Of a DNA stretch of 59,706 nucleotides, positions 35,406-46,166 are shown piece by piece. The notes below the pieces were generated by a model. That model was not told the DNA's origin. It worked only from the letters and a program-made list of their open reading frames with translations, and did no database searches. Origin of the DNA: Anaerolineae bacterium (GTDB lineage: Bacteria > Chloroflexota > Anaerolineae > DAOTYC01); contig DAOTYC010000143.1 of the NCBI GenBank assembly GCA_034435095.1, positions 1 through 59,706 on the forward strand, given 5' to 3'. Position numbers and translations under genes: made by a program. Position 1 is the stretch's first letter; the number at the start of each line of letters is the position of its first letter.

Positions 35406-36476
35406 TCAGGCCGAAAGCCCGGCTTGCTGCTCTCTCACAATCAGTTCTACGGTGAGATTCTCAAAGTAGCTGTTAGGTCGCTCGTCTTCCTTGCCGTACT
35501 CACAGCCTATAACCCGCGCTTCCATGGCGAGCGCATCTGTCTTCAGGCCAAAGGTCTGGCCTGTCGCAGCCAATAGGACCTCGCCCTTGGCGGCCATCTT
35601 GCTTCGTAAGTCAGGGTCATTGAAAGCGAATTCGCTCGTCAGGACTTTGGTGATGGTGCGAATGTCGCTTTTATCGAAAAGCCATACTTCAAGGGCGGTT
35701 ACTTTGCTTGGCACGCCACCCTCCTCCAGACTTTCCGAGATGCCGACCCCGCATTCGCCGAGGAAGTCGCCTGCTGCCGTTTCGATGCTGAACGATTCAT
35801 CATAATGGTCATCGCCAAAGGTGTATTTCGTGACGAAATGGCCCAATGCCGTTTCGTCCCTTTTTATCTCAGGGGCCAACTTCCCCCCTGTCACCGATTT
35901 GGGAACGGCCGGCTTCGACTTTCTTCGGCGCAAGTCAATGATAAACAGAACCGCAGCGATGACAATCAGAATGACGATCAGGCCGATACATATCTGCACG
36001 ATGCTCATGATTGAGAAACCGGCCGCTCGTGGCAAAGCCTCTGGCGGTTTGGACGGCGCAGAGGGCGGAACTTCCGCAGGCAGAGCTACCGTTGGCGCCG
36101 CGGCGGGTGAAGCCATGCTCAACGCACTCGCCAGGTCCTCAACGCGCTGGGCCTGCTCAATCTGCCCTTGGTTCCTCAGCTTGGTTGAAAGGTTCGCGAT
36201 CAGCACCGCCAGCTCACTGTCGTTCCAGCCCTTAAGCCGGTCTTTGGCCTCCAGCGCGTTGCCAGTCAGTCGGTAGGAATCGGCCAGCATGGAGAGGTAC
36301 TGTTCTTTCTCAGGCAAGCTGAGCTCATAACTGTGCGATTCGCCGGTATACTGCACCGGCCAGATCACATAACCCATAACCCACCAGCCGAAGAGACAGC
36401 CGACCACTGAAAAAACGACCAGGAACAAGATTGGTTTGCTTTTAATCACATCTCGTAGGATATCGAGCGGTTTCAT
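35406..36476 (-). CDS. Conserved hypothetical two-TM membrane protein with acidic C-terminal domain
   Basis: 356-aa ORF with SD GAGGTG; N-terminal TM, Ala/Pro linker, second TM, globular acidic tail (YDESFSIE...GEFLGECG-like). Confidence 0.8.
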   Translation of the reverse strand: MKPLDILRDVIKSKPILFLVVFSVVGCLFGWWVMGYVIWPVQYTGESHSYELSLPEKEQYLSMLADSYRLTGNALEAKDRLKGWNDSELAVLIANLSTKLRNQGQIEQAQRVEDLASALSMASPAAAPTVALPAEVPPSAPSKPPEALPRAAGFSIMSIVQICIGLIVILIVIAAVLFIIDLRRRKSKPAVPKSVTGGKLAPEIKRDETALGHFVTKYTFGDDHYDESFSIETAAGDFLGECGVGISESLEEGGVPSKVTALEVWLFDKSDIRTITKVLTSEFAFNDPDLRSKMAAKGEVLLAATGQTFGLKTDALAMEARVIGCEYGKEDERPNSYFENLTVELIVREQQAGLSA

Positions 36477-36712
36477 CTCTTCTTCACCTCAATTCTTGAA
36501 CGGCCTGGTTAAAATCAGTACCAACGGTAAACCCATCAACACTATTTTAGCACAGATTTCATCAATGTGCAAGTACTCAATTGACTTAAAATTGACCTTC
36601 TGAGATAAATGGTGAGGCCGCCCATATATCCTGCTTGACAGAAGGCGAACCGCATGGTATCCTTCTTTACCAGTGGTAGTCCTTTTTCCGTCGGCCACGT
36701 TCGCGAGAGGAT

Positions 36713-38497
36713 GTGAGAGTGAACGAAGAGTCGTTGGAGATGAACGGCGACAGTCTCTGGCCAGCGGGCCATGTCCTTTGTAGCCGGTATGTGATAGACC
36801 GTGTCATGATGCGTCGGCCCTTGCTGGTGAGCTATCGGGCCTTCGACCTGGCGCGTTCAAAGCCGGTGGTCCTGCAGGCTCTGGACGAGACCCTCGTTCG
36901 CGATCCGGCCCTGATGCCGCGCTTGCGTGAGGAAGCGAGCCGGGCCCAAAAGTTGGCTCACGACCATGTCGTCGCCTTCCATGGACTGGAGGAAGACGGG
37001 CCGCACGTGTTCGCCGTGCGAGATTATGTGGACGGCCTGGTTCTGGCCGAGTATCTGGCGGAAACCAATCGACCGCTGGTTTTCTATGAGGCGCTGCAAA
37101 TCATCGAACAGGCTGGCCGCGCTTTACATTATGCCCACAGTGCCGGAATTCTGCACCGGGCCCTCAACTTGCAGAGCATTGTGTTAAGTTGTGATGGGCA
37201 GGTATTGGTGCGCGGCCTGGCGCTGCCCAGCCTCATCGGCATTTCTGGCGAAAGCGACTTCGACCCGCATTACCTGTCGCCGGAGCAATGTCTCGGGCGG
37301 AAGATCGATCACCGCGCTGACCTCTACTCGCTGGCTGCCATCGCGTATCGGCTGTATGTCGGACGGCCCCCTTTCCTCAGCAATGAAGCGGACGGAGATG
37401 CCGCAGCGGGGTGGAAGAGAATCTGCTGGCAGCATGTCCATTCCCCCCCGCCGTTCGCCAGCACGGTGAACCGTGATGTACCTAAAGAAATTAGCTGGGT
37501 CTTGAGCAAAGCCCTGGCCAAGCGTCCGGAGGAGAGATTCCGCTCTACCGCTGAGTTCACCGCAGTCATGAAACGTGCCTGGCGAGAAGCGGGTTTGGAC
37601 CCGGAGGCGATGTGCGTTGAGCCGCCCTCATGGATCAGAGAGCCCGAGTTCATTTCCCCACCCAAACCACTCCGGGTTCGCCCGACGGCGCAGACGATGG
37701 GCCGTCAGCCGATACCCACTGTGAAGGCAACATCGCCGCAGCAAAAGGTCTCTCTTTTCTGGCTGGGCGGGCTGGCGTTGGTTGTTTTGGCGGTATGGAC
37801 CGTCCTGCTGGCTGTCTTGCTTGACAACAATGCGCGCGAGCAGGCCAGCATGGTGTTCGGCCAAAGGCCGCCCGTAGACGCCGGTGTCACCGGCTTCTAC
37901 GAACTGCCTACCTGGACGCCGCCCATCATTCCGACGCCGACCGGCACGCGCGTCAGCCTGGGCGTCAACGTGGCCGAGTTTGCAGCCCCGCCGGCGGCTG
38001 TCCCCGCTGGCCTGCCGTTCAACGGGTTGCGGCCTCTTTCGGGTGAGTTCAACTGGGCTGGTTATGTGAGCAGCGTCAAATGGCGCGCATACACTGAGCC
38101 GCGCTTTGGCTACGCACTGGTGTATCCCGACGGCTGGGAAATTGAGCCCGGACAGAATGTGTTGCGGCTGTACATGCCGGAACGCGACGTGGGCGTGGCG
38201 ATTTGTGCTTGTGGGACGCGCGTGGCCGACGCCAGCCAGTGGGCCGCGCGGGTGCTCGACATTTTGCGCAACGACTTTCCAGGTCTGCAACAATTGGAAC
38301 AGCGCGTTTATCAGCCCGGCTGGCTGGCGACCGCCGCCCGCGCGCCGCAGGAGGGCGATGACGAAATCCAGATCGCCATACTGAGCTCCGGGCAGGCCCA
38401 GCGCGGTTATGCGGTTGTCTTCGTGGCCTGGGCTTCGGATTGGCAAGGAGTGAAGCCGATATTTGACCAGATGGCGCAAAACGCGCGTTTCCCATAG
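36713..38497 (+). CDS. Membrane Ser/Thr pseudokinase with extracellular PsbP-like domain
   Basis: Kinase-fold landmarks kept (RY, LAHDHVV, YLSPEQ, DLYSL..I.Y....G.PPF), but Gly loop, VAIK Lys, HRD and DFG are all replaced. TM at about aa 350; [19 protein letters not shown]. Upstream TTGACA-17-TATCCT at 36635-36663. Confidence 0.85.
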   Translation: MRVNEESLEMNGDSLWPAGHVLCSRYVIDRVMMRRPLLVSYRAFDLARSKPVVLQALDETLVRDPALMPRLREEASRAQKLAHDHVVAFHGLEEDGPHVFAVRDYVDGLVLAEYLAETNRPLVFYEALQIIEQAGRALHYAHSAGILHRALNLQSIVLSCDGQVLVRGLALPSLIGISGESDFDPHYLSPEQCLGRKIDHRADLYSLAAIAYRLYVGRPPFLSNEADGDAAAGWKRICWQHVHSPPPFASTVNRDVPKEISWVLSKALAKRPEERFRSTAEFTAVMKRAWREAGLDPEAMCVEPPSWIREPEFISPPKPLRVRPTAQTMGRQPIPTVKATSPQQKVSLFWLGGLALVVLAVWTVLLAVLLDNNAREQASMVFGQRPPVDAGVTGFYELPTWTPPIIPTPTGTRVSLGVNVAEFAAPPAAVPAGLPFNGLRPLSGEFNWAGYVSSVKWRAYTEPRFGYALVYPDGWEIEPGQNVLRLYMPERDVGVAICACGTRVADASQWAARVLDILRNDFPGLQQLEQRVYQPGWLATAARAPQEGDDEIQIAILSSGQAQRGYAVVFVAWASDWQGVKPIFDQMAQNARFP

Positions 38498-38508
38498 GTT
38501 GGACGGAG

Positions 38509-39306
38509 GTGTGCGACATGGTGCGGTTTCAGGTGATTCGGCTGGCAATCAGGCGTATAGGGCGAGCGGTCCTGTGGTTTGGGGTGGCCCTTCTCCTCGG
38601 CAGTGGTTTGCTGCCGGCCACCCAGGCAGGGGCCGACTGTGGCTGGCGCGCGGCTAACAGATGGCCAGGCTACAACGTTATAGCCCAAGAGGAGCCGACT
38701 GCCGAGCCGGCGACCGACACGCCAGTGCCAACCGACACGCCAGTGCCGACCGACACGCCGGTGCCGACCGATACACCAGCCCCCACCAATACACCGCTTC
38801 CGACCGACACGCCAGTTCCCACCAATACGCCAGCCCCAACCCATACGCCTACTGCGACCGTGCCGCCAACGCCGACGAATACGCCACGGCCGACCAGGAC
38901 GCCGACTCCGACCAAAACGCCGACGCGCCCGCCCCTGCCCATCATCGCGCGGTTTGTGGCCGACAGGTATACAGTGCGGCAGGGAGAGGCGGTCGTTTTG
39001 GAGTGGGAGGTGAAAGGGCCGACGACGTTGGTGGAAATTATCCCCGGCTGGGAAGGCGGCGTGCCTAATGTCGGTTCGGTGACGGCTTATCCGATGACCA
39101 GTCTGTCATATCGGCTACATGCGTGCAACCAGGACCGCTGTACGGATCAGTCTGTCTTGATCCAGGTTGGCCCAGCGTTGCCCACCGCGCCTCCCGCGCC
39201 AACAGAAACGCCGACCAACACCCCCTCTCCCACGCCGCGGCCGTTGCGGGCCCGACAGCTCATTGACCGCCTGGCGGCGGGCTGGCCGGCCGTCTGTCCA
39301 CCGTGA
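38509..39306 (+). CDS. Secreted Thr/Pro-rich protein with one Ig-like domain
   Basis: Signal-like hydrophobic N-terminus, (TDTPVP)n linker, P.IARFVAD...V..GE.V.L.WEV module also seen in the FHA proteins. Confidence 0.7.
   Translation: MCDMVRFQVIRLAIRRIGRAVLWFGVALLLGSGLLPATQAGADCGWRAANRWPGYNVIAQEEPTAEPATDTPVPTDTPVPTDTPVPTDTPAPTNTPLPTDTPVPTNTPAPTHTPTATVPPTPTNTPRPTRTPTPTKTPTRPPLPIIARFVADRYTVRQGEAVVLEWEVKGPTTLVEIIPGWEGGVPNVGSVTAYPMTSLSYRLHACNQDRCTDQSVLIQVGPALPTAPPAPTETPTNTPSPTPRPLRARQLIDRLAAGWPAVCPP
38713..38860 (+). repeat. Coding 18-bp degenerate tandem repeat (T-D/N-T-P-V/A-P) x ~8
   Basis: ACCGACACGCCAGTGCCA, ACCGACACGCCAGTGCCG, ACCGACACGCCGGTGCCG, ACCGATACACCAGCCCCC... Confidence 0.8.
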
Positions 39307-39366
39307 GGGTTGCGCCATGGTGGTCTGACGCGCTGGGGCTCTGCTTCTCACATGATAGGGCCCTTG

Positions 39367-41931
39367 TCACACAGCCCAGCGTATCAAATCGGGATCGAAG
39401 ATGTAGTCCATCTCCGGCCGGTGCGGAGTCACGCGCAGGGTGTAGCCCTGCAGGCCACTTTTCGAATAGGTAATCGTCCCCTCGAATTCATGTCGCCCGT
39501 CGTCCAACGTGCGCGCAAATGTCATGGGCAGGTAGGTCCCATTTTGAATTTGCCCGTCGCTGTCCACGTCTCCCAGATAGATTTCAACCCGCACATCGTC
39601 GGGCGACAGTTCGCCCAGGTAGACCTGGGCGCGGATGAGGTCGCTTTGTCCCGTTTTCGTTTCGGCTGGCGCCGAAACAGATGTCTCGGCAAAGGCCACC
39701 GCTCCCCAATTGGCTCTTACCTTTCTCTTCCAGGCTGCCAGTTCTCGCGCCAGCTTGCCCTCGTCGGCCATCAACTCGTCATAACGCTCCAGGCCGGGGA
39801 TGTAAAAACGTTCGGTGTATTCCTGCACCATGCGCGCGGTGTTAAAAGTTGGGCAAACCGTTGACATCGAGGCCTTGATTTTGGCGATCCACTTTCTGGG
39901 CAAACCGGTGTGATTGCGGTCGTAGAAGAGAGGGATGATCTCCTTTTCCAGCAAATCGTACAGGGCGTTGGCCTCCACGCTGTCCTGATAATCCCGGTCA
40001 TCGGCGGTGTCGCCGTTGCCGATGGCCCAGCCGATTTCCGGGCTATAGGCTTCGTCCCACCAGCCGTCAAGCGTGCTGCAATTGACCACGCCGTTGATGG
40101 CCGCTTTCATGCCGCTGGTGCCGCTGGCCTCGCGGGGTCGGCGCGGGGTGTTCAGCCACAGGTCGCAGCCCTGCACCATGTAGCGTGCCAGGCTCATGTC
40201 GTAGTTTTCCAGAAAGACGATGTGACTGCGGAAAGGCTCTTTCTGGGCCTGATAGACGATCTGACGGATAAGCTGTTTGCCGGCGTCGTCGCGCGGGTGG
40301 GCCTTGCCAGCGAAGATGAATTGCACAGGCCGCTGCGGGTCTGATACAATGCGGGCCAGTCGTTCGATGTCGTGGAACAATAGATTGGCCCGCTTGTAGG
40401 TGGCAAAGCGGCGGGCAAAGCCTATCGTCAAGGCAGCCGGATTGAGAACGGCATCGGCCTGGGCGAGGTCTGCCGCCGGCGCTCCACGCTGGCGCAGTTG
40501 CCTGGTCAGCCGCTGACGGGCAATCGCCACCAGACGTTCGCGGCGACGTTCATGCGTGCGCCAGATTTCTTCGTCTGAAATGCTGTTCACGGCCTCCCAT
40601 TTCTTCTGGTGGAGGGCAAATTCGCCCCAGTTCGGGCCGAGGTAGCGGGACAGCAGGTCGCCCATGTCTTGGGATATCCAGGTCTGCAAATGGACGCCAT
40701 TGGTGATGGAAGTGATCGGGACGTCGTTCTCGGGCAGTTTGGGCCAGATGTTGCGCCACATTTTCTTGGAGACCTGAGCATGAAGTTTGCTGACCCCATT
40801 GATGATGGACGACAGGCGCATGGCCAGGACCGCCATGCAGAACATCTCGTTTCGGTCGTCAGGGTTTTCGCGCCCCAGCGCCAGGAACTCATCTCGCGAG
40901 AGCTTGAGCTGGCCATAATAGTCGGAGAAATAGCGGTCCATCAGGTCAACCGGAAAGCGGTCAATGCCGGCCGGCACGGTGGTGTGGGTGGTGAAGACGT
41001 TGCTGGCAACGGTGGCTTCCCGGCTCTCATCGAAGCTCATGTTGTACTTTTGCATGTGCATACGGATGCGCTCGAGCGCCAGGAAGGCGGAATGGCCTTC
41101 GTTCATGTGGCAGACGGCGGGCTGGATGCCGAGCGCGTCGAGTGCGCGCAGGCCGCCGATGCCCAACAAGATCTCCTGGCGGATGCGCATATCCAGGTCG
41201 CCGCCGTACAGCTCGTCGGATAAGTTCCTGTCTTCCGGCGAGTTGGCCGGAATGTTCGTATCGAGCATGTAGAGTGGCACGCGGCCAACCTGCGCGCGCC
41301 AGACCTGGGCCCGGACGGAGCGGCCAGGGTAATGGACGTCAATGGTCAGCGGCGAACCGTCGCTGTTGCGCTCCAGGTAGAGCGGCAGATTGTAGAAGTC
41401 GTTGATCGGGTAATCTTCTTTTTGCCAGCCGTCGGCGGTCAGGTATTGGCGGAAGTACCCTTCCTGGTAGAGCAAACCTACGCCCGCCAGAGGAATGGAC
41501 AGGTCGCTGGCCGATTTCAGGTGGTCGCCGGACAGGATGCCCAGCCCGCCGGAGTAGATGGGCATGCATTCGGTCAGGCCAAACTCAGCCGAAAAGTAGG
41601 CGATGCTGGGCCGGTCATAGGTCCCGTGTGTCTGGGTATACCAGCTCAGCTTCCTGGACATGTATTCGTCGAACCGTGCACAGGCGCGGTCAAATTGGGC
41701 CAGGAATCCGTCGTTGCTCGCCGCATCTTCCAGCAGCTTCTGGTCAATAATTCCCAGCAGCTTGACCGGGTTGTGTTCCGTCTCCTCCCACAGCTCACGG
41801 GAGAGGCGTCGGAAAAGGTCTCGGGTTTCAAAATCCCATGACCACCGCAGATTGTAAGCCAGCTCTCGTAACCGTTCGATGCGTTTGGGCAGTGAGGGAA
41901 CCACGGTAAAGGTTTGGATGGGTCTGATCAT
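39367..41931 (-). CDS. glgP: Alpha-glucan (glycogen/maltodextrin) phosphorylase
   Basis: IAYFSAEFG, YSGGLGILSGDHLK, HMNEGH, FARRFATYKRA, FAGKAHP, EASGTSGMK (PLP lysine); upstream TTGCCC-17-TATAAT on minus (42034-42006). Confidence 0.97.
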   Translation of the reverse strand: MIRPIQTFTVVPSLPKRIERLRELAYNLRWSWDFETRDLFRRLSRELWEETEHNPVKLLGIIDQKLLEDAASNDGFLAQFDRACARFDEYMSRKLSWYTQTHGTYDRPSIAYFSAEFGLTECMPIYSGGLGILSGDHLKSASDLSIPLAGVGLLYQEGYFRQYLTADGWQKEDYPINDFYNLPLYLERNSDGSPLTIDVHYPGRSVRAQVWRAQVGRVPLYMLDTNIPANSPEDRNLSDELYGGDLDMRIRQEILLGIGGLRALDALGIQPAVCHMNEGHSAFLALERIRMHMQKYNMSFDESREATVASNVFTTHTTVPAGIDRFPVDLMDRYFSDYYGQLKLSRDEFLALGRENPDDRNEMFCMAVLAMRLSSIINGVSKLHAQVSKKMWRNIWPKLPENDVPITSITNGVHLQTWISQDMGDLLSRYLGPNWGEFALHQKKWEAVNSISDEEIWRTHERRRERLVAIARQRLTRQLRQRGAPAADLAQADAVLNPAALTIGFARRFATYKRANLLFHDIERLARIVSDPQRPVQFIFAGKAHPRDDAGKQLIRQIVYQAQKEPFRSHIVFLENYDMSLARYMVQGCDLWLNTPRRPREASGTSGMKAAINGVVNCSTLDGWWDEAYSPEIGWAIGNGDTADDRDYQDSVEANALYDLLEKEIIPLFYDRNHTGLPRKWIAKIKASMSTVCPTFNTARMVQEYTERFYIPGLERYDELMADEGKLARELAAWKRKVRANWGAVAFAETSVSAPAETKTGQSDLIRAQVYLGELSPDDVRVEIYLGDVDSDGQIQNGTYLPMTFARTLDDGRHEFEGTITYSKSGLQGYTLRVTPHRPEMDYIFDPDLIRWAV

Positions 41932-42079
41932 GTCGCCTCCATTTGCGATTTTGGACGCTTATTGCTATAACAGTTGCTTGGATTAGAAGCTCCTGTCAGC
42001 ATATCATTATACCACGCTCTGATTGGAGGGGCAATACGACGATAAATCACAGGTGCGTCCAGAATTTTAATGGTGAACC

Positions 42080-42748
42080 ATGCGTGGTCTAATCGAACGA
42101 TTGGGTCGGCTGCTCATTCGGCTGCTTTTCCGCCTGCAAATTGAGGGTCTGGAACGCTTTCCGCTACAGGGTCCCGTCATCATGATGGTGAACCACATCA
42201 ATTTTACCGACGTGTCGGTTTTAAGCGTGATGATGCCACGCGAGCCGGTTGGCCTGGCCAAACAAGAGCTGGCCGACCATTGGCTGCTGGGGCCGATTGT
42301 GCGGCTCTACGGCGTGATTCCGATCAAGCGGGGGATGGTGGACCGTGCCGCACTGCGCCGGGCTGAGGCCCTGTTGCGCGAGGCCAAACACGTGTTGATG
42401 ATCGCGCCTGAAGGACATCGAAGCGGTAGCGGGCAACTGCAATGGGCGCACGACGGCGTTGCCCTGTTGGCGGTCAGGACGGGGGCGACTGTGGCGCCGG
42501 TTGCGGTGACCGGTGTGGAAAATTTCTGGCGAAACGTGCTGCGTTTTCGCAAAACAGACATGCGAGTGATCGTAGGTCGCCCTTTCCGGTTTGTGTCCAC
42601 GCAGAGCAAGCCTGACCGTGAGACGCTGCGGGCCATGACCACCGAAGCGATGTATCAGTTGGCTGCGCTGTGTCCGCCGCAGTATCGGGGAGTGTATGCC
42701 GACTTGTCTCGATTGACTACCCAACATTTGGACTTTACCCAACAGTAG
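42080..42748 (+). CDS. plsC: 1-acyl-sn-glycerol-3-phosphate acyltransferase family protein
   Basis: NHINFTD (HxxxxD), AKQEL, APEGHRS, G.A.LA, PVAVTG. Confidence 0.85.
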   Translation: MRGLIERLGRLLIRLLFRLQIEGLERFPLQGPVIMMVNHINFTDVSVLSVMMPREPVGLAKQELADHWLLGPIVRLYGVIPIKRGMVDRAALRRAEALLREAKHVLMIAPEGHRSGSGQLQWAHDGVALLAVRTGATVAPVAVTGVENFWRNVLRFRKTDMRVIVGRPFRFVSTQSKPDRETLRAMTTEAMYQLAALCPPQYRGVYADLSRLTTQHLDFTQQ

Positions 42749-42895
42749 GTCGGGTTTCCATACCCGACAGTCGGGTTTCCATACCCGACAGTCGGGTTTC
42801 CATACCCGACAGTCGGGTTTCCATACCCGACAATCGGGTTTCCATACCCGACAATCGGGTTTCCATACCCGACAATCGGGTTTCCATACCCGACA
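42749..42895. repeat. Spacer-free tandem array, 7 x 21 bp (RTCGGGTTTCCATACCCGACA)
   Basis: Units start at 42749, 42770, 42791, 42812 (G form) and 42833, 42854, 42875 (A form); each is a GTCGGGT/ACCCGAC hairpin; preceded by GTAG. Confidence 0.97.
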
Positions 42896-42896
42896 G

Positions 42897-44663
42897 CTAT
42901 TTCGCTGGCGCCTCAAGGAGCTTGTTCAGCATCAGCGCAAACTGTGCCTTAAGCCGGCCTGGGCCGGAAAATGGGTCGAAGCCCAGCATCTCGCGGATGC
43001 GCATCTGGCGATAGTTGAGGGTGTTGCGATGAATGTAGAGTTTCCTGGCTACGCCAACATTGTCTTCGCCCGACAGACAGAGCAATTCCAGTGTTTTCAG
43101 CAGGTCTGTCCCGTTGGCGCGGTCATACGCCTTGACTGGCCCCAGCACATCTTCGACGATTTGGCGCGATTCCCGTCGCTCGGCCACCGAGTCGAGCAGA
43201 GAATACAGGTATGTGTCGCTGATGTGCACCACGTGGCCGGGCCCGAGCAATCGCTGACCGATTTCCAGGGCGCGCACGGCATCGGCGTACCCTCGATGGA
43301 GTGTGATGTAGTTGTGCTCAGGGCCGCTTACTCCAATGGACAGGTCCAACGATTGAGTCGCCGCCCCACCCGAATTCAGGTGGTTTCTGACTTCTCGCAA
43401 AATGGTTTCTGCCAGGGCGATGCTTTTCTCCTTGGCGGCGTTGGCGGAGGACAAAGGCCCTTCTGTGGCAAGCAGGATCAGAATTCGACTGCCTCTGGGC
43501 ACAACCATGTTACGGCGTGACTCGCGATGAACGATGTCTTCGATCACGCGAAAGACCAGTTCCCTGGTGTGATCCATCCTTTGGCCGGCGCCATCCGTGG
43601 GCGCGCTGCCAGAGGGGTCGCTGAGGCCGATCACCATCACCGCACATTTGTCCTCGATATTGATGCCCAGGGCGAGGGCCTGACGCTTGATGATTTCCGG
43701 ACTTAAACTGGATCGGCTCAACAGGTCATCGAGAAAATCTCCTTGCAATCGCCGTTCGGTCTCCCGAATGGAGATCGCTCTCATGCGTTCGAGTGCGATC
43801 GCAGTTACCCCGACCTGCAGGACATAGTCCTGGATTTCTGGGATGACCTCGCCGCAATTGAACACGACCAGGTGTCCGGTCAGGGTCCTTTCCACTTGAA
43901 CGGGCCTGGATGAAATCTCGATCGCGCAACCAAGGGTTTGTTCCCAATCTCGCCTGCTCTCTTGGAGGGCATCCATCAAGCAAGTGATGTCCTGAGTCGA
44001 GGCCGCCTGGCGATATGGACGCTTCCAGCCGGCATCTGCGACTATCTGGTTGAGCAACGTCCGGCCCGCGAGGTGGTATGGGCTGGCAGCGATGATATTG
44101 AGTCGCTCGTCTACCATGAGCACCGTGCTCCTGAGGAGCTCGGACAGGGATTCGATCAGCGTTTGCAGCGATGCCCCCATCAGCACTTCATGAGTCAAAC
44201 GCTCGTGAACGGATAACGCGAATTCCAGTTTCCTGGTCTGTAGTTGGAGCAGCTCGGCCAGCACCGACGTGATAATGTCGGAATATACGACACGCTTGTC
44301 GGTTGCCTCTTCGGGTATTGTGAGCAGAGGAAAGGCTAATTCCTCAGCGCGCTGAACGAGCTGATCGAGGGTATTCCCCTTGAAATAGCGGCCGATGTAG
44401 CAGATGATCAGCCCGGCGCAGCCCCGCTTCGCCAGCTCATCAATCCAGCGCAATTGAGCCTGAAGGTCATCGCGTACCGCATAGAAGGCGGTGATCAGCA
44501 GTTCGTTGCCGTTGAGCAGCAGGAAAGAGTCGTCGGTCTCCATTACATTCACCGTGCTCACGATGCGGTCGAGGCCGGCGTGTCCGCCCAGCACAACGGC
44601 TTGAGACAGGGGGGCCAATTTTAGAACTTCACGAAGCGGGATTCCAACTGTCTGTCTTGACAT
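42897..44663 (-). CDS. PucR-family transcriptional regulator
   Basis: N-terminal PucR ligand domain (VLGGHAGLDRIVSTVNVME...ELLIT), GGDEF-like middle, C-terminal LLKTL...ARKLYIHRNTLNYR...I HTH; promoter TTGACA-17-TAGAAT on minus (44719-44691). Confidence 0.93.
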   Translation of the reverse strand: MSRQTVGIPLREVLKLAPLSQAVVLGGHAGLDRIVSTVNVMETDDSFLLLNGNELLITAFYAVRDDLQAQLRWIDELAKRGCAGLIICYIGRYFKGNTLDQLVQRAEELAFPLLTIPEEATDKRVVYSDIITSVLAELLQLQTRKLEFALSVHERLTHEVLMGASLQTLIESLSELLRSTVLMVDERLNIIAASPYHLAGRTLLNQIVADAGWKRPYRQAASTQDITCLMDALQESRRDWEQTLGCAIEISSRPVQVERTLTGHLVVFNCGEVIPEIQDYVLQVGVTAIALERMRAISIRETERRLQGDFLDDLLSRSSLSPEIIKRQALALGINIEDKCAVMVIGLSDPSGSAPTDGAGQRMDHTRELVFRVIEDIVHRESRRNMVVPRGSRILILLATEGPLSSANAAKEKSIALAETILREVRNHLNSGGAATQSLDLSIGVSGPEHNYITLHRGYADAVRALEIGQRLLGPGHVVHISDTYLYSLLDSVAERRESRQIVEDVLGPVKAYDRANGTDLLKTLELLCLSGEDNVGVARKLYIHRNTLNYRQMRIREMLGFDPFSGPGRLKAQFALMLNKLLEAPAK

Positions 44664-44995
44664 GGCAGAACTCCTTCTTTTCAGGCCATCATTCTAGCAG
44701 CTACAGCCAGATATGTCAACTGAGCCAGGTCGTTTGTTCACCTGCACAATCACAAGGCTTTCTGGAGGCCTTGACATTATGCATTCGCCCTATGTATTAT
44801 TTACCCAAAGTGTGCTATACTTAAAGAGCGTGGGGGATGTTCATTTGCCCACTCTTCTCATCCTTGCCATCATGCACAAACCTGGTATCTGTCGAAATGA
44901 TTGTCAGGCATGGGAAGCCCGCTCTCGTCAGGCTGGAAGGACGGGGAGCTCAGTTGTTCTCTTGAAATCTGCATGGCACACATCGAGGAGGAGCA

Positions 44996-46129
44996 ATGCT
45001 AACTCATGAGTTGAAAACAAGACAACAATGTGAAGACTTTGTACGGGGCTGTACGATCATGGGCACCGGCGGGGGCGGCAGCCCCGCGCGCGGCGTGGAA
45101 AAGTTGGCGAAGGGCCTTGACGAAGGGTTGAGACTGGGCTGGATCGATGTCAGCCGCATCGCCGATGACGCCTGGGTCGTCTGCCCTTTCTTGATGGGCT
45201 CGATTGCACCCAAGACGCCCAAAGACCTGGCTGAAATGAGAGAACTGGGCCTGACCGAGGTTCGCTATCCGAACGCCATTATGAACGCCATCCAGGAGCT
45301 GGAGACCTATACCGGCAAGAAGATCGGGGCCGTTGTGCCCATCGAGCTGGGCGGCGGCAATACCGCCGAATCGGTTGTGCAGGCTGCGCGGCTGGGCATT
45401 CCCTGCGTGGATGGCGACTACACCGGACGCGCCATCCCCGAAATCACGCAAATCACGCCGGTTCTGTTTGACAAGCGACTGGACCCGTTGACCGGTGTGG
45501 ATGAATGGGGCAACATCACCATCGTGAAAGCGGCGATCAATGAGCCGATGGCCGAGCGCATCGGCAAGTACCTGGCTGTAGCGGCGCATGGCCTGGTCTG
45601 CATGGCCGGCATCCTGCTGACTGGCCAGGAATGCAAAGAGATCATCGTACCGGGCACGCTCACTCTGTGTGAAAATCTGGGGCGGACTGTGCGTGAGGCC
45701 CGGCAGCAGGGTGGCGATGTGCCACAGGCCGTCGCCGCGGCGATGGGGGGCTGGATCATCTTCAAGGGCCGGGTCACCGAGAAGCAGTGGGAGGACCGGG
45801 CCGGCTATTACTGGGGCACCCACACCCTGACGGGCATTGAGGAATACAGCGGGCAGACCTTCAAGGTCTGGTTTAAGAATGAGAACCATATTTCCTGGCT
45901 AAACGACCGGCCGTTTGTGACCAGCCCAGACCTCATCTGCCTGGTTGACCGGACAAGCGGAGAGCCCAAGACCAATGACGCAGTGGCCGAAGGGGATGTC
46001 ATGTCGGTGATCGGCGCCAGGGCGCCCGAGCCGTTCCTCACCCGACCGAAGGGCCTGGAGGTGTTGGGTCCCAGGCATTTCGGCTTTGACTATCCGTTCA
46101 CGCCCATAGAGAAACTGCTGGGCCGCTGA
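44996..46129 (+). CDS. DUF917 family protein (family that includes S-methyl-thiohydantoin desulfurase)
   Basis: GTGGGGSP, PIELGGGN, DGDYTGRAIPE, NENH, PDLIC; typical DUF917 motifs. Confidence 0.88.
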   Translation: MLTHELKTRQQCEDFVRGCTIMGTGGGGSPARGVEKLAKGLDEGLRLGWIDVSRIADDAWVVCPFLMGSIAPKTPKDLAEMRELGLTEVRYPNAIMNAIQELETYTGKKIGAVVPIELGGGNTAESVVQAARLGIPCVDGDYTGRAIPEITQITPVLFDKRLDPLTGVDEWGNITIVKAAINEPMAERIGKYLAVAAHGLVCMAGILLTGQECKEIIVPGTLTLCENLGRTVREARQQGGDVPQAVAAAMGGWIIFKGRVTEKQWEDRAGYYWGTHTLTGIEEYSGQTFKVWFKNENHISWLNDRPFVTSPDLICLVDRTSGEPKTNDAVAEGDVMSVIGARAPEPFLTRPKGLEVLGPRHFGFDYPFTPIEKLLGR

Positions 46130-46166
46130 GCCGTGCGCGACGGTACCCACAGGGAAAGGAAGAGAA

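Noticed and set aside
42749-42895. CRISPR array
   Set aside because: Repeats are contiguous with no spacers, the 21-bp unit is a dispersed REP of this genome, and no cas genes are in the window.
42221-42916. ORFs with (CRVWKPD)n or (SRVSIPD)n peptide repeats
   Set aside because: They are translations of the 21-bp DNA array, antisense to or overlapping plsC and pucR.
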